A stretch of DNA of 62,368 bases from a virus (Duplodnaviria; Caudoviricetes), in the IMG/VR virus record IMGVR_UViG_3300032157_000009, positions 1 through 62,368 of that record; one strand, given 5' to 3'. A program made the position numbers and the translations under genes. The notes beneath the pieces were generated by a model, which was not told where the DNA came from, ran no database searches, and was given only the letters and a program-made list of their open reading frames with translations. Positions 9,544 through 17,286 of the stretch are shown here, piece after piece (position 1 is the first letter of the stretch; each line of letters begins with the position of its first letter).

Positions 9544-10106
9544 AGACGCTCGTTTACGATTTGGAGATCATCAACTGTGTTCCGGGCAAGGACAAGCCGC
9601 TGGACGGCATCAAGTATTGCCAAGGCTGGGGCGACCATGCTGGAATGGGGATTAGCGTCATTGGGGCGTTTGACTATTCAACGCAACGTTATCGGGTGTT
9701 CTTGGAAGACAACTTTGATGCATTTGTCAACTTGGCTCGTGATTCAGACTTGCTGGTCACGTTCAACGGCATTGCTTTTGATCACAAGGTGTTGGCCGCT
9801 TGTTTGAACTTCAACCCAATCCTGAAAGACTACGACTTGTTGCTCGAGATGACAAAAGCGGCAGGCGTTTACAACGCCAAGGGGTTTAGCCTGGACGCCA
9901 CGAGCCGGGCCAACTTCAAGAATGGCAAATCAGGCGACGGCAGATTGGCTCCAATCAACTGGCAGGAAGGACACCGGGGCAACGTGATAGATTACTGCCT
10001 GGAAGACGTCCGCTTGACCAAGGCGTTGTTTGACCGGGTGAAACAAACGGGTGGGTTGCGCGATCCTCGTGATCCCAGCCGGTTTCTGGAGATGCGCAAG
10101 CCGTGA
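9540..10106 (+). CDS. RNase H-like DEDD 3'-5' exonuclease (YprB/DnaQ-like)
   Basis: YDLEI, TFNGIAFD, YCLEDV. Confidence 0.85.
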   Translation: MKTLVYDLEIINCVPGKDKPLDGIKYCQGWGDHAGMGISVIGAFDYSTQRYRVFLEDNFDAFVNLARDSDLLVTFNGIAFDHKVLAACLNFNPILKDYDLLLEMTKAAGVYNAKGFSLDATSRANFKNGKSGDGRLAPINWQEGHRGNVIDYCLEDVRLTKALFDRVKQTGGLRDPRDPSRFLEMRKP

Positions 10107-10483
10107 AGAAACGCCACATCATTTTCCACGACCTGACCACGGAAGCCGGGCGGAAGACCTTCCAAGCGGCTTATAACGCCAAACACGGGTTGAACCCAGC
10201 CCCTAAAGTGGCTACAAAGGCCTCGCCCGTGGTTTTAAAGCCACTTTTGCCGGCGGAACGGGGAAAGCTAGGGGTTTGCGCCTCGACGCTCCTAGAGGCG
10301 TTCAAGGCCATTCCTTTTCCGGGCAGCTTCAAACTCGGCCCAAAACAACGCCTGCACCGCTGGTTGTGCGACGAGTGCGGCTTTTGGCACGGCCAAGCCA
10401 TCAACCCCAACGAAGAAAACCTGCCGCCCAATGAACCGGGCTGGGATGTGTTGGTGGCCACCAAACCCAAGAAGACCAAATGA
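10103..10483 (+). CDS. Hypothetical protein (CxxC)
   Basis: Translationally coupled ORF containing WLCDECGFWH. Confidence 0.55.
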   Translation: MKKRHIIFHDLTTEAGRKTFQAAYNAKHGLNPAPKVATKASPVVLKPLLPAERGKLGVCASTLLEAFKAIPFPGSFKLGPKQRLHRWLCDECGFWHGQAINPNEENLPPNEPGWDVLVATKPKKTK

Positions 10484-11052
10484 ACTCAGCAATGCTAGCA
10501 GCCGATCTTGTCAAACGGATCCCAGACCTCGCCCAAGACAACGTCGAGAACCGTTTCAACGTAGTGCTCAATTTGATTGAGGCAGAGCGAAAGCGTCAAC
10601 CCGTCACGCCGCGCCAAGTCCTGACGACCGACCAGTTGTTTGAATTGCGTTGTTTGAAGGATTGGCTGATTCGACAACGCAACCAAGAACACGACGGCGC
10701 TTTGGCCCGGATCACCCAGCGCCGACATCAGCGCATCCGGCGTCAACAACCCACAACCACGAAAGGCAAAACGAGTAATCGAAAATCTAAACGGTCGGCA
10801 GGCAGAAAAGCCAAGCCGGATTCGCTGCATGGAGTGTTAGCCAGCACGTCGTATCATCTGCTGGCTAAATACGGCAACCACAAGCGTCCCGTCGGAACAT
10901 TCGAGGCCGGACGGCGCACGCCGGCAGAAGTTGCGCGGTGGATCGAGCGCGAACTAAAGCACGGCCCGACTCAAATCGTGGTGACGCGAGTGCTGGCTAA
11001 CGCCGCACTAAGCCAAGCGGCGACAACCCAAAAGGACACCAATGCCAAGTGA
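10480..11052 (+). CDS. Hypothetical protein; apparent fusion of a backbone gene with the first cassette ORF
   Basis: Reads through attC-like site 1 and ends inside the loop of site 2. Confidence 0.55.
   Translation: MNSAMLAADLVKRIPDLAQDNVENRFNVVLNLIEAERKRQPVTPRQVLTTDQLFELRCLKDWLIRQRNQEHDGALARITQRRHQRIRRQQPTTTKGKTSNRKSKRSAGRKAKPDSLHGVLASTSYHLLAKYGNHKRPVGTFEAGRRTPAEVARWIERELKHGPTQIVVTRVLANAALSQAATTQKDTNAK
10714..10842 (-). repeat. attC-like site 1
   Basis: ACCCAGC-GCCGA-CATCAGCGCATCCGGC ... GCCGGATTCGCTG(C)ATG-GAGT-GTTAGCC; paired arms with one bulged base. Confidence 0.65.
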
Positions 11053-11100
11053 CTCTCAACCGCCAAGCGATCCCGCTTTGGCTTCAGTAAGTGGTTCTCC
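10995..11100 (-). repeat. attC-like site 2
   Basis: GGCTAAC-GCCGC-ACTAAGCCAAGCGG ... CCGC(T)TTGGCTT(C)AGT-AAGTG-GTTCTCC; two extrahelical bases. Confidence 0.8.
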
Positions 11101-11398
11101 TGCGCCGATTGCGAAAGGCATGGGACAAAGTGACCGCTGCCGATTCTGCGGCGAGTTCTACGAGAAAGCAAAACCGTGGATATGCCCAGGTTGCTGGGAA
11201 ACGGTAAAAGCTGTGATCGCGGAATACCCCGATGAACTCCTGAAGCCTGCGCTGGAGAACGACCAAGCTCACCCCACTGCCGCTGGCGGGACGGGTGGAG
11301 CGCAGAGCGGGGCGCTCCCGCAGTCGCTTGCAGCCGGTGGTTTGGCGTCCGGGCGGCGCACTACGGGTTCGGCATCTCGGTCGAAAAACTCAAAATGA
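11042..11398 (+). CDS. Cassette-borne Zn-finger-like hypothetical protein
   Basis: CRFC...CPGC; ATG lies in the loop of attC-like site 2. Confidence 0.55.
   Translation: MPSDSQPPSDPALASVSGSPAPIAKGMGQSDRCRFCGEFYEKAKPWICPGCWETVKAVIAEYPDELLKPALENDQAHPTAAGGTGGAQSGALPQSLAAGGLASGRRTTGSASRSKNSK
11254..11346 (-). repeat. attC-like site 3
   Basis: GGAGAAC-GACCAA-GCTCA ... TG(C)AGC-CGGTG-GTTTGGC. Confidence 0.7.
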
Positions 11399-11649
11399 AA
11401 ATCAAAGAAATCACATTCGAGATGGGCAACGACTTCGCAGCCGTGATGGAGTGCGAACACTGCCACTCCACGCAAAAGCTGTCCTCTGGATACCATGACA
11501 ACTTCTATCACACGCGAGTCATCCCGGCGATGACCTGCAAAACATGCGGCAAAACCCGCGACGGCATCGTGCCGGAAACCGCGAATAACACGGCACGCTC
11601 ACTGTGGCCGAACGACCAAGCTATGCTGCGGCATGGCGACCCAAAATGA
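11395..11649 (+). CDS. Cassette-borne Zn-ribbon protein
   Basis: CEHC...CKTC; the stop lies inside the loop of site 4. Confidence 0.7.
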   Translation: MKIKEITFEMGNDFAAVMECEHCHSTQKLSSGYHDNFYHTRVIPAMTCKTCGKTRDGIVPETANNTARSLWPNDQAMLRHGDPK

Positions 11650-11713
11650 ACGATGCGACCCTAATCATTGAGCAGCCCAGCGCGTTGCCGTCAGCAGCAG
11701 CGACTGGTTCGGC
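11607..11713 (-). repeat. attC-like site 4
   Basis: GCCGAAC-GACCAA-GCTATGCTGCGGCA ... TGCCG(T)CAGCAG(C)AGC-GACTG-GTTCGGC. Confidence 0.8.
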
Positions 11714-11879
11714 GATACGTCCACACGAGGAACAAACACCGCTAGAAAGGGTGCTTAGATGCCACCTGTGGTATCCGAACGACATACTGGCTCGTGGTGC
11801 GAAAGAACTGCCCAAATCTGGTCCACTTCCTCGCCCGTTTCGGGACGGACAAGACAAAAGACACCAACAAACGAAATGA
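11646..11879 (+). CDS. Cassette-borne hypothetical protein
   Basis: ATG in the loop of site 4, ATGA-coupled to the previous stop. Confidence 0.5.
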   Translation: MNDATLIIEQPSALPSAAATGSAIRPHEEQTPLERVLRCHLWYPNDILARGAKELPKSGPLPRPFRDGQDKRHQQTK

Positions 11880-11885
11880 AAAACC

Positions 11886-12071
11886 ATGAGCGCGCCTGTA
11901 AAGCCTGAAGAGCTGATCGGCGACGACTGGATGGAAGATCCATCCGCTCGCGAGGAGTTCGCAAAGGGACTTGATGAACTCGACGAGACACTGAAGCCAG
12001 TCACGGATGCCTTGGATGCCTCAGAACGTCTGAGTGAGGATGACTGGGCTATTCGGATAAATGCTCGCTAA
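11886..12071 (+). CDS. Small acidic hypothetical protein
   Basis: 61-aa ORF with an A-rich leader. Confidence 0.55.
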   Translation: MSAPVKPEELIGDDWMEDPSAREEFAKGLDELDETLKPVTDALDASERLSEDDWAIRINAR

Positions 12072-12315
12072 ACTTGTTGTTTCTTATGCACAACAATGTA
12101 AGGAGCTGCTCGCCCGCTTCAACGCCATGAAAGAAGAACAAAATGCCCCGCGCCCACGACAACCTAATCGGAATGCTAGCTAATGACATTCGCCAGCAGC
12201 AACGGGTGGAAACCCACGCCCGAGACGTGGTGGAACGCCTGTTGGTGAAAAGCCAACCTGCATCCTTAACACGAATTACCTTTCCTTCCCCATCAAAAAG
12301 AGCGAAAAACAAACC

Positions 12316-12816
12316 GTGAGCCAATCTGCCACCAACGGTCACACTTCCAAAAAACGCAAAGGTCGTGGCGGGCGCAAGAGCCGTTTAACGGACATCACTT
12401 TCATCAAACAAGTTGAACGATTGGCCGCCAAGGGCATGACCCAACGTCAAATTGCTGTCATTTTAGGCATTGACCCCTGCACCATAAGCAGTTGGAAGTC
12501 CCGTAAAGGGGAGCTTGAAGACAAATTCAACAAAGCGTTAAAACGTGGTGAGGCCAAAGGGGTGCAACGACGTCTGGACAGAATTGAGAAAGCAGGCAAG
12601 GGTGGCAGCTGGCAGGCTGATGCCTGGATGTTGGAGCGTCGCTTGCCAGAGCAATTCGGACGCAACGACCGGATGCGGGTGAGTGATGTGGATGGCAACC
12701 CAATTGCTGGCACCACGGTAATTGCTCCCACCGTGGTATTCATCCAGCCCAAGAAGGATGAGTTGAGCGAGCCAATTGAAGTGGGGCAGATTGAGAATGG
12801 GCACCCGTCGTCATGA
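12316..12816 (+). CDS. terS: Terminase small subunit (HTH)
   Basis: HTH MTQRQIAVILGIDPCTISSWK and WQADAWMLERR; directly upstream of terL. Confidence 0.75.
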   Translation: MSQSATNGHTSKKRKGRGGRKSRLTDITFIKQVERLAAKGMTQRQIAVILGIDPCTISSWKSRKGELEDKFNKALKRGEAKGVQRRLDRIEKAGKGGSWQADAWMLERRLPEQFGRNDRMRVSDVDGNPIAGTTVIAPTVVFIQPKKDELSEPIEVGQIENGHPSS

Positions 12817-14270
12817 ACGAGCAGGTCAAATTCACTCCCCAGCCCAAGCAGGCGTTGTTTCTTCAGAGCAATGCTGACATCACCATATTTGGAGGCGCAG
12901 CGGGTGGGGGCAAGACCTGGGGTTTGTTGTATGAGCCGTTGTACCACATCAAGAATGAGAACTTTGGCGGGGTGATCTTTCGGCGCACCTATCCCCAGAT
13001 CACGGTGGAAGGCGGGTTGTGGGACGAGAGCGACCGGCTGTATCCGTTTACGGGCGCTACCTCCACCAAGGGCTCATTACGTTGGGCGTTCCCCAGTGGC
13101 GCAACGATGGTGTTTCGCAGCATGGAGAATGAGGATGACTGTCGCAACTTTGACGGCTCGCAAATTCCTTACATCGGCTTTGATCAGTTGGAGAGCTTCA
13201 CGCCCAAGCAGTTTTGGTACATGCTCAGCCGCAACCGTTCTACCTGTGGCATTCGGCCGTACATTCGGGCCAGTTGCAATCCGCAACCGGGCTGGCTGGC
13301 GGATTTGATTCAGTGGTGGTGGGATCCGGAAACGGGCTATGCCATTCCGGAACGCAGCGGGGTGGTGCGCTGGTTTGTGAGAATTGGGGATGGCATCCGT
13401 TGGTATGCCACCCGTCAGGAGGCAGCCAAGAAACACCCGTCCGTGCCGGCCAAGAGCTTCACCTTTATCTTCAGCAAGCTGGAGGACAATCAGGTGTTGA
13501 TGAAGGCAGACCCGGGCTACCTGGCCAACCTGATGGCGTTGCCGTTGGTGGACCGCGAACGGCTGCTGGGTGGCAACTGGAAGATTTCCGTGGCGGGCAA
13601 CATCTTTAAACGGGAATGGTGGAAGTTTGTGGACGCACCACCCGCTGGTATTTACAACTGGTGTCGTTATTGGGACCTGGCCGCCACTGTGCCGACCGAT
13701 GGCAAAGAGCCAGACTGGACCGCAGGTGCCAAGCTGGGCGAATTGAACGGGGACATTTACATTGCGGACGTGGTGCACTTCCAAGGCTCATCGCTGACCA
13801 ACGAACGCACCATCAAGGCCACTGCCGAGTTGGACGGGCCAGCCGTGGCGGTGCGCATGGAGCAGGAAGGCGGCGCAAGCGGCAAGAGTTTGAGCGGGGA
13901 CGAAGGCCACTATGCGCGCAACATCCTTGTCGGTTACGACTTCTCAGGTGTGCCCAGCAGCAAGAAGAAATTGTTGCGTTGGGCGCCCTTGAGTGCCGCT
14001 GCCGAAAAGGGCAGGGTGTTCTTGGTCAAAGGTCGTTGGAATCAAGACTTTGTGGATGAGTTGGAAGGCTGCAAGGGGGACGACGAGAAGAACGACCAGG
14101 CCGACGCCGCTAGCGGGGCACTGGAGGCGTTGCGTGTTCCGACCGGAGCTTGGGACGCCCATGCCATTCAAATCGCCTCCACAGGCTACCAGCGGCCAAT
14201 GGGTGTGCCGGGCAGCCTTGACCCGGCTACTTATGACCCGATGGCGGAAACGGTGGACGCAACGGAGTGA
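12813..14270 (+). CDS. terL: Terminase large subunit
   Basis: Walker A GGAAGGGKT, Walker B IGFDQL, SCNP; nuclease motifs WDLA, EQEGGASGK, DQADA. Confidence 0.95.
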   Translation: MNEQVKFTPQPKQALFLQSNADITIFGGAAGGGKTWGLLYEPLYHIKNENFGGVIFRRTYPQITVEGGLWDESDRLYPFTGATSTKGSLRWAFPSGATMVFRSMENEDDCRNFDGSQIPYIGFDQLESFTPKQFWYMLSRNRSTCGIRPYIRASCNPQPGWLADLIQWWWDPETGYAIPERSGVVRWFVRIGDGIRWYATRQEAAKKHPSVPAKSFTFIFSKLEDNQVLMKADPGYLANLMALPLVDRERLLGGNWKISVAGNIFKREWWKFVDAPPAGIYNWCRYWDLAATVPTDGKEPDWTAGAKLGELNGDIYIADVVHFQGSSLTNERTIKATAELDGPAVAVRMEQEGGASGKSLSGDEGHYARNILVGYDFSGVPSSKKKLLRWAPLSAAAEKGRVFLVKGRWNQDFVDELEGCKGDDEKNDQADAASGALEALRVPTGAWDAHAIQIASTGYQRPMGVPGSLDPATYDPMAETVDATE

Positions 14271-14273
14271 ATT

Positions 14274-14537
14274 ATGATCAAGCCGCTTGAAAAGCATTCG
14301 GTAGGCCCAAAGCCCCGATCCGTGGTGGAAAACGCTGCAGTGGCCACGCTCGGCACGGCAAACGGTGCTCCTGAGCCCATTCAACCGTGCTGTTCCTGCC
14401 GTTGGGCGGTGCAAACCAAGGAATTGTTACGTTGCCATCTGAATCCACCCCAGGTGCGCATGCCCTACGACAACATGGCGGCCTGGCCGGTGGTGCCCAG
14501 CCGAGGTGGCGGTTGTTCATCGCACGCCACATCATGA
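14274..14537 (+). CDS. Small Cys-rich protein
   Basis: CCSCRW...CHLNPP...WPVV...CSSH. Confidence 0.6.
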   Translation: MIKPLEKHSVGPKPRSVVENAAVATLGTANGAPEPIQPCCSCRWAVQTKELLRCHLNPPQVRMPYDNMAAWPVVPSRGGGCSSHATS

Positions 14538-15214
14538 AGACCGCCGTTTTCCATCTCGTCCGCGAGCCGGGGGAGTCTGAGGATTTCCTGGCAAGTTATT
14601 TTGAGCACTTGAGCGGGGCGGACCATGAACTGTTTCCCGTGCTCAAGGGCGGGGCGTCCGCACCCGTGCCGGGTTTCCGCCAGTTTCGCGTGAATGATTT
14701 TGGACGGTCGTTGCACGCCTTTGGCAAGGCGTTGCGGCGGGTGGACCTGGAGGGGTTTGACACTGTTTGTTTTCTCAATTCCTTTTCGCGCATCGCTTGT
14801 GACGGCTGGCTGGACCGATTGGTGAGCACAGCACGACGGCCGGAAGTTGGCATGGCGGGTTGCACGGCCAGTTTGGAAAGCTTTCTGGGCAACAAGCCCG
14901 CGCTGTGGCGGTCGCTGTTGTTTCCGCCCTGGCCAAATCCACATCTGCGCACGAACGCGATCTGTCTGCGCATGGAGGTGGCACGAAAGTATTGGCCTCG
15001 GTTCGCCTTCAACAAGCCGCTGGAACATGTCTCTGAATCTGGCTGGTGGGGTTTGACAAATCGTCTGCGGGTGGCAGGGCTTGATTGTGTGGTGGTCAAC
15101 GCTACCAGCGAGCACACTCTCAGTGCGGATCGGCAAAGCTTTGAGTCGCCATGCTTTCGTGAAGGCTGGCCCACGATGGTTACGGACAATCGCCGAAAGG
15201 GAACATGCGAATGA
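14534..15214 (+). CDS. Possible glycosyltransferase-related protein
   Basis: VCFLNSFSRI..DGWL..L...VGMAG and PNPHLRTNA resemble GT-A-like proteins; weak, by eye. Confidence 0.4.
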   Translation: MKTAVFHLVREPGESEDFLASYFEHLSGADHELFPVLKGGASAPVPGFRQFRVNDFGRSLHAFGKALRRVDLEGFDTVCFLNSFSRIACDGWLDRLVSTARRPEVGMAGCTASLESFLGNKPALWRSLLFPPWPNPHLRTNAICLRMEVARKYWPRFAFNKPLEHVSESGWWGLTNRLRVAGLDCVVVNATSEHTLSADRQSFESPCFREGWPTMVTDNRRKGTCE

Positions 15215-15387
15215 CGCACGATCAGTCTCCGTTTGTTGCCGATGACCTGAAATGGCGTTGGTGGCATTGGCCGGTGGCAGCCCTGGTGTTCATTCCGGTG
15301 GCGGTTGGGATTGTCTTCTTCATTGCGCTGGTCCTGGTATCAGGCATTAACGATTGGTGGCAAGACCGACGGAAAGACAAGTTGTGA
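15211..15387 (+). CDS. Small membrane protein
   Basis: One long hydrophobic segment. Confidence 0.55.
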   Translation: MTHDQSPFVADDLKWRWWHWPVAALVFIPVAVGIVFFIALVLVSGINDWWQDRRKDKL

Positions 15388-15395
15388 GCTCACGA

Positions 15396-15890
15396 ATGAG
15401 TTTCTGTTTGGCGGTGGCGCTGATCGTTGCTGCGTTGGTCTGGTTGTTTGCCGAAGCGTTGCACCCCGATCATGTTGTGTTCTCCAATGACGGTCCGTTG
15501 GGGGCATTGCAATCACAGCAGTCTCAAACCTTTGGCCCAATTTGGGCAGACCTGAATTGGTTGGGGCGCTCTGAGCCAGCTTGGTCGGCTTCCGGTATCA
15601 CTGGAGGTTTCCGAGCGTTGATGCTTTGCCGCAACCTAGCAATAGGCACGGTTCTGCTTTGTATGATTGGCTGGCCGTTAGCTTATTGGTGGACTGGGCG
15701 TGGCGTCTTGAAGGGGATTGAGATTGGACTGCTGGCTTGTTGGTGTCAGCTGATTGGCTTCGGCTTGGTCTTGGCCTTGTTGCACTTCCTGACCGGCAAC
15801 CCGGAATATCTCGGCGCGTCCTTCGGCTTGTTGAGCTTTGCATTCATGGTAGGTTTTGGCTTTCTGCCGCCTGCTCCGGATCCTCACTAA
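15396..15890 (+). CDS. Multi-pass membrane protein with FSNDGPLG motif
   Basis: About 4 hydrophobic segments; VVFSNDGPLG...WADLNWLG loop. Confidence 0.6.
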   Translation: MSFCLAVALIVAALVWLFAEALHPDHVVFSNDGPLGALQSQQSQTFGPIWADLNWLGRSEPAWSASGITGGFRALMLCRNLAIGTVLLCMIGWPLAYWWTGRGVLKGIEIGLLACWCQLIGFGLVLALLHFLTGNPEYLGASFGLLSFAFMVGFGFLPPAPDPH

Positions 15891-15892
15891 TT

Positions 15893-16915
15893 ATGAAACC
15901 ACCTATCTCCCTCGTTTTGGCTACGGCTGAGAATTGTCAACTCGGCTGCTCTGGTTGTCCGACCGGTCGTGTCAAAATATGGAATACAAACGAAAAGCCC
16001 GGCGTGGGCGTCATGTCCCTGGTCATGGCCGACCGCATCATCACCAAGGCCAAGGCCGAGGCGCATGTCTTGAGCGTTTGCACCTATTACTTCAATGAGG
16101 TGCTGATCTATCCGCACATCGTGGAGCTGGTGAAGCTGATCCAGTCCCACGGGTTTTATCAATTCCTCTCGACGAACTTGAACACGTTCAAGCATGTGCC
16201 GGAATTGATGGCCCTTGAACCCACGAACATCATCGTGAGTTTGTCCGGCTGGTCCAATGAGACCTATCAGCGGTACCACGCCGGCGGCGATGTGGAGGTG
16301 GTGAAGGCGAATATGGTCAAGCTGGCGGCGTTGCGCAAGCCGGGCACGTTCCTGCGGATGAGCTGGCATGATTTCCATTACAACCGCCACGAGCAGGCGC
16401 AGGCCAAAGCCTTCGCGGATGAACACGGTTATTGTTTCACGCCCTACGGTGTGGGCGTGTTGCCGCTGGAACGCACGCTCGCGCGCTGGCAGGACGGACA
16501 GCTTGATCCGGCGGAGAAGGACATCCTCGTGCCATTGCAGGAGGCCAAGAAACTGAGCTGGCCGCGCCGGCATTGGAACTGTCAGATGCAGCAGCAGACC
16601 ATGACCGTGGACGCCGCGGGCAATGTTTACAACTGCTCGGACCGTTACAACAGCACGAACCTGCGCGGGAGTTTCTTTGAGCGGTCAGTGACGGACATCC
16701 TCAAGGCGCGGAAGACGGATTTCGATTGCGTCTCCTGCAAGGCGGTGGGTGGGCACATCTACGGCGCGCAGGAATACACCGTGCCGCTGACGAGTGTGCG
16801 GCGCTGGTTGGACATCCCCTTTCGCGGCCTGAAGCTCCAGGGCCTTTTCCAACGCCTCGATTTCGACGAATGGCGCAATCAGGTTGAGAGCCATTACGAC
16901 CGGCCGCAAAAATGA
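15893..16915 (+). CDS. Radical SAM enzyme with SPASM/twitch domain
   Basis: CQLGCSGC (CxxxCxxC), LSTN, VSLSG, and C-terminal C...VDAAGNVYNC...CVSC. Confidence 0.88.
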   Translation: MKPPISLVLATAENCQLGCSGCPTGRVKIWNTNEKPGVGVMSLVMADRIITKAKAEAHVLSVCTYYFNEVLIYPHIVELVKLIQSHGFYQFLSTNLNTFKHVPELMALEPTNIIVSLSGWSNETYQRYHAGGDVEVVKANMVKLAALRKPGTFLRMSWHDFHYNRHEQAQAKAFADEHGYCFTPYGVGVLPLERTLARWQDGQLDPAEKDILVPLQEAKKLSWPRRHWNCQMQQQTMTVDAAGNVYNCSDRYNSTNLRGSFFERSVTDILKARKTDFDCVSCKAVGGHIYGAQEYTVPLTSVRRWLDIPFRGLKLQGLFQRLDFDEWRNQVESHYDRPQK

Positions 16916-17130
16916 GAAGCCGCACTCCACCACTGACCGAGCCTAATGGATGGGAAAAGTCCACCACCGACATTCGGGTCATTTGCACCCCCACCGAGAA
17001 GCTGTTGTGGAAGGCGGTGTTTGGAGTGGGTAACGTGGCGGAAGTCAGCCGAAGGTTGTTGAATGAAGAAGCGCACAAACAAGCCAACATTCCTTGCGGA
17101 CGAAAACACCACCCAAAGGGGAAGTGTTAG
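16912..17130 (+). CDS. Small hypothetical protein
   Basis: ATGA-coupled ORF. Confidence 0.45.
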   Translation: MRSRTPPLTEPNGWEKSTTDIRVICTPTEKLLWKAVFGVGNVAEVSRRLLNEEAHKQANIPCGRKHHPKGKC

Positions 17131-17286
17131 GCTCACCAACTTGCACCCCAGCGGCATGTTGGCCGAGGACGTCAAGTGTCTGGCCAAAGCCAAACAACGA
17201 GCTGAAGAAGTCACCACCGAGGCCATTCAACGATATGAGAAGTGTCACCCGTTGATCAACAAGCCGTTGAAAGATGACTTTGCGAA

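Larger units (their letters stand above)
10714..11780 (-). mobile_element. Integron-like gene cassette array without integrase (CALIN-like): four cassettes of about 167-353 bp
   Basis: Four attC-like hairpins plus a terminal core site. The ends of each cassette body are complementary, e.g. GTTAGCCAGCAC 10836-10847 / GTGCTGGCTAAC 10990-11001. Confidence 0.75.

Noticed and set aside
10714-11780. Hairpins as simple terminators or CRISPR repeats
   Set aside because: No U-tracts, the arms differ in sequence between copies, and the bulge placement and cassette-end complementarity fit attC better.
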